Assembly (NCBI GenBank): GCA_050015395.1
Contig: JBEKBM010000002.1
Coordinates: forward strand, 64,001 to 128,000
DNA: 64,000 nt
Direction of reading: 5' to 3'
From: Candidatus Bathyarchaeia archaeon
GTDB taxonomy: Archaea; Thermoproteota; Bathyarchaeia; Bathyarchaeales; Bathycorpusculaceae
This document shows, piece by piece, positions 47,184 to 56,877 of the stretch. The notes under the pieces were generated by a model that was given only the letters and a program-made list of their open reading frames with translations, was not told where the DNA came from and searched no databases. How positions within the stretch are numbered: position 1 is the first letter of the stretch; every line of letters starts with the position of its first letter. The position numbers were made by a program, and so were the translations under genes.

Positions 47184-47876
47184 ATGGGCGAAAAAGAAAA
47201 AGGATTCAATCCCACTTTTGAGAATGGTGGTTATTGGGAGTACTACAAAGATTTAGAACGACAATTTGAAGGCTTCTTAGAGTACGTTCCTTACTTAGAA
47301 GGAAATGAAAAAACGTATTCTTTTAGATTGGCTAATATTTTGCTCTCTATTGGAAGTCACGTGGATTCTGCTTTTAAGGAAATGTCGGGATATCCTGATT
47401 TTTTGGAAAGAGAAAGTTGTAAAGAGATTTTGAGAAGAGCAAATGACAAAGAAGGAATCATAATAAGTGGTGTTCGTGCCTTCGATGAAATATACGGGTT
47501 ATCCTCAAAAGAAGTAACTTTCAAATGTCTCCCCGAAAGGATGCAGATTACTCCTTTCAAAAGGGTTAAACCTGAATGGTGGGATTGCTATAATGACGTA
47601 AAGCATGACATCAGCAATAATCTTTCAAAGGCAACTCTGAATGCTGTAAGAGATGCCCTCGCTGGAGCTTTCTTACTGAATGTTGTTCATATACCCTCTG
47701 CTTTGAGATTATATAATTATGGTGTCCTTCAAACAAGGATGACTTACCAAGGGAGTGTAGGAATATACGGTGATATAGGAACATCAATTTCAGTAATAAG
47801 AAACTCCATAATGAAAAAGGAAAAAATCACTGGGGATGTTGAGACTTCTATTTTCAAATATGATTATTACCAGTGA
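47184..47876 (+). CDS. Hypothetical protein (YW..Y..LE / WW..YN..KH motifs; possibly HEPN-like)
   Basis: 230-aa ORF; YWEYYKDLE, TYSFRLANILLSIG, PEWWDCYNDVKH, ALAGAFLL. Confidence 0.6.
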   Translation: MGEKEKGFNPTFENGGYWEYYKDLERQFEGFLEYVPYLEGNEKTYSFRLANILLSIGSHVDSAFKEMSGYPDFLERESCKEILRRANDKEGIIISGVRAFDEIYGLSSKEVTFKCLPERMQITPFKRVKPEWWDCYNDVKHDISNNLSKATLNAVRDALAGAFLLNVVHIPSALRLYNYGVLQTRMTYQGSVGIYGDIGTSISVIRNSIMKKEKITGDVETSIFKYDYYQ

Positions 47877-47957
47877 AAAATCTCAGTTTAAATGTTCTTG
47901 TTCTATCAAGTACCTTGAAAAGGTTACCATACATTAGAATCTATAGGTTTTCACAAA

Positions 47958-47983
47958 GACAAGTCTTAAATCTTCATAGCATG
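47958..47983 (+). promoter_or_regulatory. Conserved promoter repeat, copy G
   Basis: GACAAGTCTTAAATCTTCATAGCATG. Confidence 0.7.
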
Positions 47984-48004
47984 AAAGTGGAATTGAGGGA
48001 GAAA

Positions 48005-48589
48005 ATGTCTTGGAAAGGCTGTATTGATAAAGTTAACGAAGCAATGTGCGAATTGATGAGATACGATGTGGAATTCATTGATGATAAAGGCTTTTCGGAA
48101 TTTCTTGACCACTTAAAAGGACTTAAGGGGACTCGGTTTAGCGACCGCTACAATTCAGACTTTAGAAACTTGGATATAACTGGCTATTTTTCTGTGGGAA
48201 TAAGCGACCTTCTATGCGACCGTTCAGAAAAATGCCGAGCTAATATCAGGCTAATTTCGCCTACGTTTGGGGATGCAACCAAGAAGCCAGATTATAATAA
48301 CTTGACAGCGCTCAGAAAGATGCAAGATGCTGGTATTGAAATCAAAGTAAACGATATGCTTCATGCAAGACTTTTTGTTGGTTACAACCAAGAAGTATCC
48401 CTAAGTAATGATATTTTGTTATTAGGCTCATTTGATTTCAATAGAGAAGGTTTAAGCGGAGAGAAGAGAAACGCAGGAATCATAACTCGGAATCCAGACT
48501 TAGTAAAGTCTGCAAGAGAGTTCTTCGAAGGAATGTGGACAGACAGCCATTACACAAAATCGCTAAATGAAAAGTACCCACTCAAATAA
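48005..48589 (+). CDS. Phospholipase D-like (PLD/Nuc) domain protein with variant HKD motif
   Basis: ITGYFS, IRLISP, GIEIKV..MLHARLFV...LLGSFDFNREGL..RNAGI...FFEGMW; start placed at ATG 48005 after promoter copy G and SD GAGGGA. Confidence 0.7.
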   Translation: MSWKGCIDKVNEAMCELMRYDVEFIDDKGFSEFLDHLKGLKGTRFSDRYNSDFRNLDITGYFSVGISDLLCDRSEKCRANIRLISPTFGDATKKPDYNNLTALRKMQDAGIEIKVNDMLHARLFVGYNQEVSLSNDILLLGSFDFNREGLSGEKRNAGIITRNPDLVKSAREFFEGMWTDSHYTKSLNEKYPLK

Positions 48590-48826
48590 AACCTAATGGA
48601 ATCTTCACTTTTTTAGTGTTAAATCACCAAGTTTCTTAGTTAAATAAAATTTCTATTACTAATTAGAGCATAGACCTTAAGCAAGAAAAAACTATTAAGT
48701 TAGCTGTCATAGTAAAGACGTTGACCTTAAAATGATTGGGTTAAGAGTAAATTACAATATTGCAAGTATTGGCACTCTTAAATTCCTAATCATTGTTAGG
48801 CTATGAAGAGTTAGGCTGGGAATAAT

Positions 48827-49915
48827 TTGGATTTAGAAAAGAAGATTGAGCTTATCTGCAGACCGCCAACAGAAGAAGTAATAACGCTGGAAGATTTGCG
48901 TAGCCTTTTGGAAACAGAAGAGCACCCTATAGCCTATAACGGTTGGGAGCCTTCTGGTCTGGCGCATTTGGGAACAGGCGTTATTTGCGCTTACAAAATG
49001 AAAGACTTCGCAGAAGCAGGTGTGCACTTTAAAGCGTATTTGTCAACGTGGCACGCATGGTTAAACAACAAGTTAGATGGCGATTTAACTCTTATCCGCA
49101 AAGCTGCTGACCTCTTTAGGCATTCCTGGCTTGCCCTCGGCGTGCCCGGTGACAAAGTTGAGTTCATTTATTCTGATGAGCTCTACAGAGACATTGACTA
49201 TTGGGCTAAAACAGTCATAATCGCAAAAAACTTAACCATTGCCAGAACCACCCGAACCTTAGAGATAGCGGGAAGAAAAGAAGCTGAAGCCCATTACGTT
49301 TCAGACTACCTATACACCCCCATGCAAGTCGCAGACATTTTTCACATGAAAGTAAAAATTTGCCAGTTAGGAATGGATCAGCGAAAAGCAAACGTGGTTG
49401 CAAGGGAAATAGGCGAAAAAATCGGCTGCTGGAAACCCGTCTGCATTCACCACCATCTACTGCAAGGTTTAGAGAAGCCTAAAATTTGGCCGATTCCCGA
49501 GGGACAGGAAAAAGAAGCCGTAGCTTCAGCCAAGATGTCTAAAAGCAAGCCTCAAACATGCATATTCATCTATGACAGCCCAGACGAGATAAAGCAGAAA
49601 ATGGCGAAAGCTTTCTGCCCAGAAAAAACCGTCAAATTCAACCCAGTACTAGACATCTGCAAATACATTATCTTTAGAGAAAAATCGGTCTTCAAAATCG
49701 AGCGTCCAGCAAAATTCGGAGGAAACATACAGTTCCAAAGTTTCCAAGAGCTTGAATCAGCCTATGCAGAGGGCAAACTGCATCCTCAAGACCTAAAAAA
49801 CGGTGTTGCAACCGAACTTGCAGACATACTGGAGCCTGTTAGACGATACTTTGCAAATAACAAGGAAGCTAAAGACTGCTTGGAAACTGTGCGGCAAGCT
49901 AAGATTACAAGGTAA
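48827..49915 (+). CDS. tyrS: Tyrosyl-tRNA synthetase (archaeal type)
   Basis: AYNGWEPSGLAHLG, YTPMQVADI, GMDQRK, KMSKS, LHPQDLK. Confidence 0.95.
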   Translation: MDLEKKIELICRPPTEEVITLEDLRSLLETEEHPIAYNGWEPSGLAHLGTGVICAYKMKDFAEAGVHFKAYLSTWHAWLNNKLDGDLTLIRKAADLFRHSWLALGVPGDKVEFIYSDELYRDIDYWAKTVIIAKNLTIARTTRTLEIAGRKEAEAHYVSDYLYTPMQVADIFHMKVKICQLGMDQRKANVVAREIGEKIGCWKPVCIHHHLLQGLEKPKIWPIPEGQEKEAVASAKMSKSKPQTCIFIYDSPDEIKQKMAKAFCPEKTVKFNPVLDICKYIIFREKSVFKIERPAKFGGNIQFQSFQELESAYAEGKLHPQDLKNGVATELADILEPVRRYFANNKEAKDCLETVRQAKITR

Positions 49916-49920
49916 AATGT

Positions 49921-50331
49921 TTGTCAACAAAGCTTAAAGAGAGACAGCAAAAAATCCAGCAAATCATAACCAAATTAACAGAAGAGTCAGCAAAGGGAAA
50001 CCCCATAATTGTTGAGGGCAAAAAAGACGCCCAAGCCCTTCGTGAGCTAGGCGTTAACGGCAGCATCTTGGCGGTGAAAACTGGCGGCAAATCCTTCCTT
50101 GAAGCAACCGCAGAAATAGAAAAGCTCGGCGCTCACGAAGTTATTCTTCTCTTAGACTTTGACAGAAGAGGTAAAGAAGGCACCAAACGCCTACGAGAGA
50201 GCTTGGAACGGGCAAAAATCAAAGCAAATATTAAGTTTTGGCGTGAGCTACAAGCGCTGGTTGGTCGAGAAATCCAATGCATTGAAAGCTTGACAACTTA
50301 TTTGAACACCCTTCAAGAAAAAGTCATGTAA
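49921..50331 (+). CDS. Toprim-domain protein (archaeal small primase-like)
   Basis: IIVEGKKD, ILLLDFDRRG. Confidence 0.88.
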   Translation: MSTKLKERQQKIQQIITKLTEESAKGNPIIVEGKKDAQALRELGVNGSILAVKTGGKSFLEATAEIEKLGAHEVILLLDFDRRGKEGTKRLRESLERAKIKANIKFWRELQALVGREIQCIESLTTYLNTLQEKVM

Positions 50332-50600
50332 TTTGGCAGCCAAGATTGGTTGTAGAATTGGTTCTTCTATCTTATGGAAGATTTCAGCAGTTACCAATGA
50401 GGAATGATGGATAGACGCACTGTTGCTATGAGAATTACTCCTAAATTGTAGTTAGGGGTATGCTTTTTGCTTGGTAATTTAACTACCAAAAAAGAGTACC
50501 CCTTTTGGTTAGCCAGCTTTTCAAACGAGCCTTTTTTACCTTTCAGGCCAGAGAATTGTTTTTATAAATCGCCAATCTCCCTATACTGTGGCGAAGTTTT

Positions 50601-51176
50601 ATGGCTATGAATCCTGTTATAGACGCAATAAAATCAAGACGAGCAATTCGCAGTTTTGAAGATAAACCGGTTCCTGACAAGGCACTCAAAGTGTTGCTTG
50701 AGGCTGCAACTTATGCGCCTTCTGCCATCAATATTCAACCCTGGAAATTTACAATAGTCACCAATAAAGAGGAAATGAAGCGCCTCTCGGACATGGCAAA
50801 GCCTGCCTTGATTCGGTCGCTGCCTGATGTGGGTGACGAGGGCTTAGTTGGCCTAAAGCGGCGACTATCTGACCCACAGTACAATATTTTCTATAACGCA
50901 CCTTTACTGATTTTTGTTTCTGGCGCTAAATCTCGTTACGCAGTTTACGACTGTTCCATGGCAGCGCAAAACATGATGCTTGCCGCCTACTCGCTGGGCA
51001 TAGGAAGTTGCTGGATAGGCACTGCAGTTTCCACTGCGAATAATCCAAAGGTTAAAGCGGACCTCGGTATCCCAGAGGATCATGAAGTACATGCTGCAAT
51101 CATCTTCGGCTATCCCAAAGAAATTCCTAAGGCACCTGTGAAGCGTCCGGCTCAGGTTCTCAAACGGATAGACTGA
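50601..51176 (+). CDS. Nitroreductase family protein
   Basis: SRRAIRSF, APSAINIQPW, NMMLAAYSLGIGSCWIG. Confidence 0.93.
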   Translation: MAMNPVIDAIKSRRAIRSFEDKPVPDKALKVLLEAATYAPSAINIQPWKFTIVTNKEEMKRLSDMAKPALIRSLPDVGDEGLVGLKRRLSDPQYNIFYNAPLLIFVSGAKSRYAVYDCSMAAQNMMLAAYSLGIGSCWIGTAVSTANNPKVKADLGIPEDHEVHAAIIFGYPKEIPKAPVKRPAQVLKRID

Positions 51177-51186
51177 GGGGATCAGA

Positions 51187-51927
51187 ATGGACATCAAAGG
51201 TAAAGTTGCCATTGTAACTGGAGCATCTTCAGGTATCGGATTAGCTACAGCGAAACTTCTTTCAAGCAAAGGCGCCAAGCTGGCTTTAGTCGCCCGCTCA
51301 AAAGACAAAATAGATAAGCTTGCTAAAGAACTGCCCGATGCGATTGTCATTACTGCAGATATTTCTAAGGTTGAAGATGTTAAGAACATGGTTAAGCAGG
51401 CATATGAGCACTTTGGACGGATAGATATTCTCGTTAATAATGCTGGTCGAGGATACGATGTGCCAGTCGAGAAGACGGATATTGAAATTTTCCATTACCT
51501 TTTTGATTTAGATGTTGTCGGCCCACTGGTTGCCATGAAAGAAGCTATTCCGCTTATGCGACGGCAAGGTGGAGGAACAATCGTTAACGTAAGTTCAGGA
51601 ACAGCGTTGATGTACTTGCCTGATAACGGTCCATATTCAGGATTAAAACGGGCGTTAGCTCACATCAGCTTAACTGCAAGAACAGAACTCGAAAAAGACA
51701 AAATAGTTGTCAGCGTTGTTTACCCGTACATTACGCTCACTGATTTTGATAAGAACACCATCAAAGATGCTTCCCTGCAAGAACATGAAGAAACACCAGA
51801 AGCTCAGGAGGCATTTAGTAAAGCTGACCAGCCTGAGTACACAGCGCAACGGATAGTTGCGGGTATTGAAAGCGGGGAAGCTGAAATTTTCGGGCACGAT
51901 TGGATGAAGAGGGCTCCACCAGCCTAA
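51187..51927 (+). CDS. Short-chain dehydrogenase/reductase
   Basis: TGASSGIG, LVNNAG, NVSS, YSGLK. Confidence 0.93.
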   Translation: MDIKGKVAIVTGASSGIGLATAKLLSSKGAKLALVARSKDKIDKLAKELPDAIVITADISKVEDVKNMVKQAYEHFGRIDILVNNAGRGYDVPVEKTDIEIFHYLFDLDVVGPLVAMKEAIPLMRRQGGGTIVNVSSGTALMYLPDNGPYSGLKRALAHISLTARTELEKDKIVVSVVYPYITLTDFDKNTIKDASLQEHEETPEAQEAFSKADQPEYTAQRIVAGIESGEAEIFGHDWMKRAPPA

Positions 51928-52064
51928 AAAGGTTGGACTTTTAAAAAAGATTTAGGGTTTCCTTGTTGCTTGCCAAAGACCCAACATGTTTCCTTCTGTG
52001 TCTTGAATATACGCTGTGCTTCCTATGTTAGGGACTGCCATTTTGCCCATGACGAGATTGCCGC

Positions 52065-52409
52065 CTAAACGGGTTGGCTGCCCATTAATTTGGATAAGGT
52101 TGCAACGAGCACTTCAATGCGTTCACTTGTCCTGCCATAATCTGCCACTGATGTAATCGTGGTCACAGGAGTTTCTGCTGCAATGGACATCTGTGTGGTC
52201 TTTTCATCTACCTTTGACAAATTTACTGTGAGCTTTGAGGAGTAGGACAAAAAGGCGCCTTTAGTTTTAATCTTAACGTAATGTGTCTCCTCGTTTGCTT
52301 CTTGTATTGTCCATTCAAGCTTAGCAACTGCTTTTGGAATAGCTTCCCAAACCGCGTTAAGCGGGTATGAAACTTCAAGTTTCTCTTTTGCTTCTCGCAA
52401 GTAAGCCAT
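52065..52409 (-). CDS. Hypothetical protein
   Basis: 114-aa ORF, ATG start with AAGGT upstream. Confidence 0.7.
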   Translation of the reverse strand: MAYLREAKEKLEVSYPLNAVWEAIPKAVAKLEWTIQEANEETHYVKIKTKGAFLSYSSKLTVNLSKVDEKTTQMSIAAETPVTTITSVADYGRTSERIEVLVATLSKLMGSQPV

Positions 52410-52517
52410 TTTTTGTTACCTTAATCTTTTAGGTATTATCCTTTATTAAAAGCGCATGGTAACACTTTGAATCCTTTAAAGGGAAAAATCGAACAAATGC
52501 AAGTTGATCCGCTAATT

Positions 52518-53795
52518 TTATTTTTTCATTAGCTCCATAAGTTTTGGCATTAATTCGCAACCACGATTTAAAGTGCCTAAGCTTCCTTTCGCGCATTCTT
52601 TCTCCGAGAACTTTACTGCTTTGCCGCCGTCTAATTTGTCTCCTGAAATTAATACGGGAACTGGCGTATCGCTGTGCACTTTTAATGAGCAAGGCGTCGC
52701 ATGGTCAGCCGTTATGCAGATAAGGTTGTCTTTTAGAGAAATCTGCTTCAGCAATGGCCCGAAGAAGTACTTGTCGATGGCTGAGATAATCTGCATTTTT
52801 AAGATGCAGTTGCCGTCGTGTCCTGGTTCGTCTGGGCCTTTAAGGTGAATGTAGAAACAATCATGCTTGGGCAGCACATCCAGCAGGGCTTTGACTCTTA
52901 ATTCGCAGTCTTTTTGGAGGTTGCCTGAAGGCGGCGGCAAAAGCGTGGAGTCCATGCCTGCCAACTGTGCGATGCCCCGTTCACCATGCATATCTGCCAA
53001 GGCTGCGAAGTTCACGTGGTAATGCTTGTTTATGTTGTAGAATTTTGGAAGGAGGTGTCCTGCATCTCGGGTTAAGACAAGGTTTGCCTTAAGCTTGCCC
53101 TCAGCCGCACGTTTTATGTTTATGGGGTGATTTTCCCACAGTTTGTGGGTTTTATCGATGAACTCATTTACTAGTGTCGCGGAGACTTTTGCTTCCTGTG
53201 TGTTGTCGGTTGGTTCGCAGGTTTTTAGCACCATTTCAACGTTAGTCTGTGCCACGCCGATGCCGTTAACTATTGTGTAGGCTGGGTCACTGTTTGTTAT
53301 GTTGCTTGAAAGAGGCTTCCCATTGCTCTTTATTAATAGGACTGCCCTGTGCCCCATTGTGTTTTTGAACTCAAATGTGGCAGGGTAAGATTCCAGCTTT
53401 ACTTGTTCGTTAGCTGCCTTGCTCAGCTCAGTGGCTTCATCGGTGGTTAAAGTTCTTGCCACTCGGCGGTCAATTATGGTTTTTCCTTGGCCTAAAGTTG
53501 CAAAGTTGCATCTTAACGCTAAATCGCCATCCTTCATTTCTAAGCCTGCACCAGCGGCTTCGATAACGCCTCTGCCAGTGCTGTACTTGAAAGGGTCATA
53601 ACCTAAAAGTGAAATAACAGCCACATCGCTCTCGGGTGCAACACCTTTCTTTACCGAGTACATCAGACCAGTTTTTCCGTTTCTGGCGAGAGCATCCATA
53701 TTTGGAGTTTCAGCTGCTTCCAGGGGTGTTTTGTTGCCTAAAGCTTTGATTGGTAAATCTCCCATGCCGTCTATTGCAACGTAAATTAACTTCAA
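52518..53795 (-). CDS. apgM: 2,3-bisphosphoglycerate-independent phosphoglycerate mutase (archaeal)
   Basis: IDGMGD, KTPLEAA.TPNMD, PESDVA, GRG..EA.G, HLKGPDEPGHDG, TADHATP, HS..PVP. Confidence 0.92.
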   Translation of the reverse strand: MKLIYVAIDGMGDLPIKALGNKTPLEAAETPNMDALARNGKTGLMYSVKKGVAPESDVAVISLLGYDPFKYSTGRGVIEAAGAGLEMKDGDLALRCNFATLGQGKTIIDRRVARTLTTDEATELSKAANEQVKLESYPATFEFKNTMGHRAVLLIKSNGKPLSSNITNSDPAYTIVNGIGVAQTNVEMVLKTCEPTDNTQEAKVSATLVNEFIDKTHKLWENHPINIKRAAEGKLKANLVLTRDAGHLLPKFYNINKHYHVNFAALADMHGERGIAQLAGMDSTLLPPPSGNLQKDCELRVKALLDVLPKHDCFYIHLKGPDEPGHDGNCILKMQIISAIDKYFFGPLLKQISLKDNLICITADHATPCSLKVHSDTPVPVLISGDKLDGGKAVKFSEKECAKGSLGTLNRGCELMPKLMELMKK

Positions 53796-54492
53796 ACTGG
53801 TTTTTCCTCCTTTAAGGGTGAGATAGCTCGGTTGTTTAAGCTTTATTATTTTTTTGATTGCTAACCTGTTTTTTCAAAGAAAGAAATCGTCTAATCTCGT
53901 CTTAAGTAGCTTGCGGGGTTCCTGCATTTAGCAATGAGAACTGCTTATCTTTAGGAACTCAAGCAGGGCATCTCAAGAAATTGACTTGTAAACTTAATTT
54001 AAAACAGACGGATAAGGTTTTCTAGAAATACAAAGAAAAATGGAAATAACGAAAGTTGATTGGAAATATTTTCGGAAATTTTAATATGTTAGATTAAAGC
54101 TATGAGACCCAAACTCAGAGGACCCCCATCTGAGGAAATCCTGAGGCAGCTGAGGAACAAACGAATTGTTTAAACTCTATCTTGATAAAGTGTAATTCTG
54201 AAACGCTACATAACTGAACCAGGAACGCCCCGCCAAGTTTTCTTCTTCAAAACCAGTATTATGCAAGCAGTCTAACAGGATTCCAAGAACAACACCAGTT
54301 GAAAACAAAGCGCTGTTGTTCTTCTAACAACTAAAAATACTATTGCTTGTTCCGCTCGGTCCCAACCATAACTGTGCTGTATCCCTTCTCACTTAACCGC
54401 TCTAAAGCCAAGAGCAAAGCACCCGAATCATCATCTACTGAAGACATCACAGTTATCACCGCAGGACGCCGCCTCTCTTCTTCATTTTTTGT

Positions 54493-56085
54493 CTAACTTT
54501 TCGGCTGGGTGTTAAAGATAGCCATTAGTTTTTCTATCAGAGTTAGGAAGGTGTTTACTAGTTTGCCTAGTGGTCCCAAGCTGCTGGTCATTTCTCGCAG
54601 GTTAAATATGTCGCTTCTGCTGAGGGTTCTTGTCAGAACTGTCATCACTATGAAGGACGTCAGGAAGATTGCTACGCCGATTATTAGCTGGATGAGACTT
54701 GCAAGGGGTAATTTAACTACGAAGTAGGAGAGGAGGGCGGCTACAGCGGAAGAGAGGATGATTTTTCCTGACGCAACCCAATTGATAGTGGTGTTGTAAC
54801 GCTTTTTTACAAAGATTAAACCAATAATGATGCTTGGAACACCATCGAAGATTAAGGTGATGAGCATGCCTAGTACGCCGTATCTTGAAATCGTTATTAG
54901 CCCCAACGGTACGCCCATGGCTACGGTAACTAAAGCAAGTGTTAGCTTGATGGAGGCTTGCTCTTGGCTGTTGATTAAATTGTTTGTGCTGTACATGCCA
55001 AAGGCCAAGAATACGTAGTTGATGACCAGCAGTGAAAGGTCAAATGGTGCTTGAGAATAACTGTGCCCAAATATAGTTGAAACGCCGGGTCCTGCAAGCG
55101 CCATCATCATTGCTATGACAGGCATAACCAGCAGAGTCGAATATTTTACTGAGGATTGATAGACATTTTCAAGCGTTGTTTGCTCCGTTTCACCGTTAAG
55201 TTTAGAGAACGCTGGAAACAGCATAGTATTAATCGGCGTGGCAACAAACGTTATTAAAACAAGAAAGTTTGAGGCCAAATTGTAATTACCGATAAGAGCA
55301 TTATTAGCAACATAAATAGCCAACAGAAAAGAGTAAAACTGAGTAAGAAAACCCCCAATAATATCGCCAAACGATAAAGGCAACCCAAATCTAAGAAGCA
55401 CTTTCACGTTGTTTAAGAGATCTAGTTTGTTAGAGACTAAACCAGGCAAGCTTCTGTAGATTGTCCACACAAGAAAGATTCCTATTACTGCAGTGATTAG
55501 ATAGGCAACTGTGTACCCCATGACAGCGCCATACAGGCTTAAACCAACCAAAACCAGTGCAGGCGCTAGGACCGTTTTGATGATTGATAGGCTTACAACC
55601 ATAACGCTGTTGAGATGCATTTTCTCCACGCCAGTGAAGGCGGCAGTTGCAGTGTTTACAAGAGCTTGCCCCAAAATAATGAAGGAAACCGCTTGAATTA
55701 GTGGAGCAATAAAGGGACGCTGAAAAACATTTGTAGCCAAATATGGCGAAAGCAAAAGACAGAAAAGCGAAAGCGCCAAGCCTAACAACGTTTTGAAGAT
55801 AAACCCAGACAGAAAGACGCTTCTTATTTGTGCAGCCTTGTTTTCAGTGTTGAGCCGTGCGGAGTAACGAGTAACCGCGTAATTTACTCCTAAATCCTGA
55901 AATAACCCGATGAGCGTTGGCGCCGTTAAAACCACAGCGTAGAGGCCATAATTGTTTTCTCCCAACAACAAAGCAAGGATGATTGAGCCGACTGCGGAAA
56001 TGATTGTGGAAGCTAACAGCCCCCACATAACATGAAAACCGCCCCTGACAGAAGCCTTAGCCATATCAGCAGCTTTACTCATCAA
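54493..56085 (-). CDS. Oligosaccharide flippase (Wzx/MATE-like), paralog of 24725..26401
   Basis: FQDLGVNYA, GVEKM, FGLPL, LFPAFSKL, SVKYS. Confidence 0.88.
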   Translation of the reverse strand: MMSKAADMAKASVRGGFHVMWGLLASTIISAVGSIILALLLGENNYGLYAVVLTAPTLIGLFQDLGVNYAVTRYSARLNTENKAAQIRSVFLSGFIFKTLLGLALSLFCLLLSPYLATNVFQRPFIAPLIQAVSFIILGQALVNTATAAFTGVEKMHLNSVMVVSLSIIKTVLAPALVLVGLSLYGAVMGYTVAYLITAVIGIFLVWTIYRSLPGLVSNKLDLLNNVKVLLRFGLPLSFGDIIGGFLTQFYSFLLAIYVANNALIGNYNLASNFLVLITFVATPINTMLFPAFSKLNGETEQTTLENVYQSSVKYSTLLVMPVIAMMMALAGPGVSTIFGHSYSQAPFDLSLLVINYVFLAFGMYSTNNLINSQEQASIKLTLALVTVAMGVPLGLITISRYGVLGMLITLIFDGVPSIIIGLIFVKKRYNTTINWVASGKIILSSAVAALLSYFVVKLPLASLIQLIIGVAIFLTSFIVMTVLTRTLSRSDIFNLREMTSSLGPLGKLVNTFLTLIEKLMAIFNTQPKS

Positions 56086-56335
56086 ATCATCCTAACGCTA
56101 AAATAACTTTAAGACCACAAAAACCAGCCACTTATCAGTTTTGGTTAAAATAATCAAAAACAACCATAAGCAGCCCCACCCTTTTCACGCAACTGCTCCA
56201 AAGCCAACAATAAAGCGTCAGAACCACAACCCATTGGAGTGATCTTGTCAAAACCGCAGCTTCTTGAGCTGATACCAGCGCTATACGAAAACTTTACTTC
56301 CATAACCACACTAACTAACCTGCAGGTGTAACATA

Positions 56336-56548
56336 GTGCCTGAAACAATAATTGAAGCACCGCAGATAACAGTTGAAGAATACGAAAAGTACAGAGGAAA
56401 AAACGTAGCAATATACAAAAACAAAATAATAGGTGACAACAAAACCTCAAGCGAAGCACTAAACAAAGCTTTGAAGAAATGTCCAGAGCTTAAGCCTGAA
56501 CAAATAGTAATCGACTACATTCAACTAGCGGACGTACTCGTACTTTGA
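56336..56548 (+). CDS. DUF5678-like small protein
   Basis: EKYRGKNVAIYKNKIIG...EAL.KA pattern; overlaps the next gene (TTGA). Confidence 0.65.
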   Translation: MPETIIEAPQITVEEYEKYRGKNVAIYKNKIIGDNKTSSEALNKALKKCPELKPEQIVIDYIQLADVLVL

Positions 56549-56877
56549 CACGGTACGTATTCAAATACGCACCTGAACCTATCGGGTCAGGAATAATCAA
56601 CCGACCAAAAGCTACAGTTCTTCTTTGCTCAACAAGAAAAGAATGGTATGCCTTCCGTGTCTACATAGACAGCGGAGCAGACATGTCATTATTCACAAGA
56701 AACGATGCGGAACTCTTAGGGCTCAACCTCTACCAAGGCGAATACCGACCAATAATCGGAATAGGAAAAACACTCATCCCAGCCTATACACATACAATCA
56801 AAATGAAAATAGGCGACACAGCCATAGATGTCAAATCAGCAACAATAATCCCACTTGCCAGTCCAGAAACTCCTTAA
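56545..56877 (+). CDS. Retropepsin-like aspartyl protease, probably C-terminally truncated
   Basis: RP..., YIDSGADMSL, AELLGL, GIG; lacks the expected LLGR C-terminal motif. Confidence 0.7.
   Translation: MTRYVFKYAPEPIGSGIINRPKATVLLCSTRKEWYAFRVYIDSGADMSLFTRNDAELLGLNLYQGEYRPIIGIGKTLIPAYTHTIKMKIGDTAIDVKSATIIPLASPETP

Noticed and set aside
47873-48004. N-terminal 44 codons of the 238-aa ORF as called
   Set aside because: This stretch contains promoter repeat copy G and an SD; the start is more plausibly ATG 48005
32156-48640. Dispersed repeats as a CRISPR array or a canonical integron
   Set aside because: No regularly spaced repeat-spacer units, no cas genes and no intI. Only one GCCTAAC (46662-46668) resembles an attC core, and it has no matching partner site
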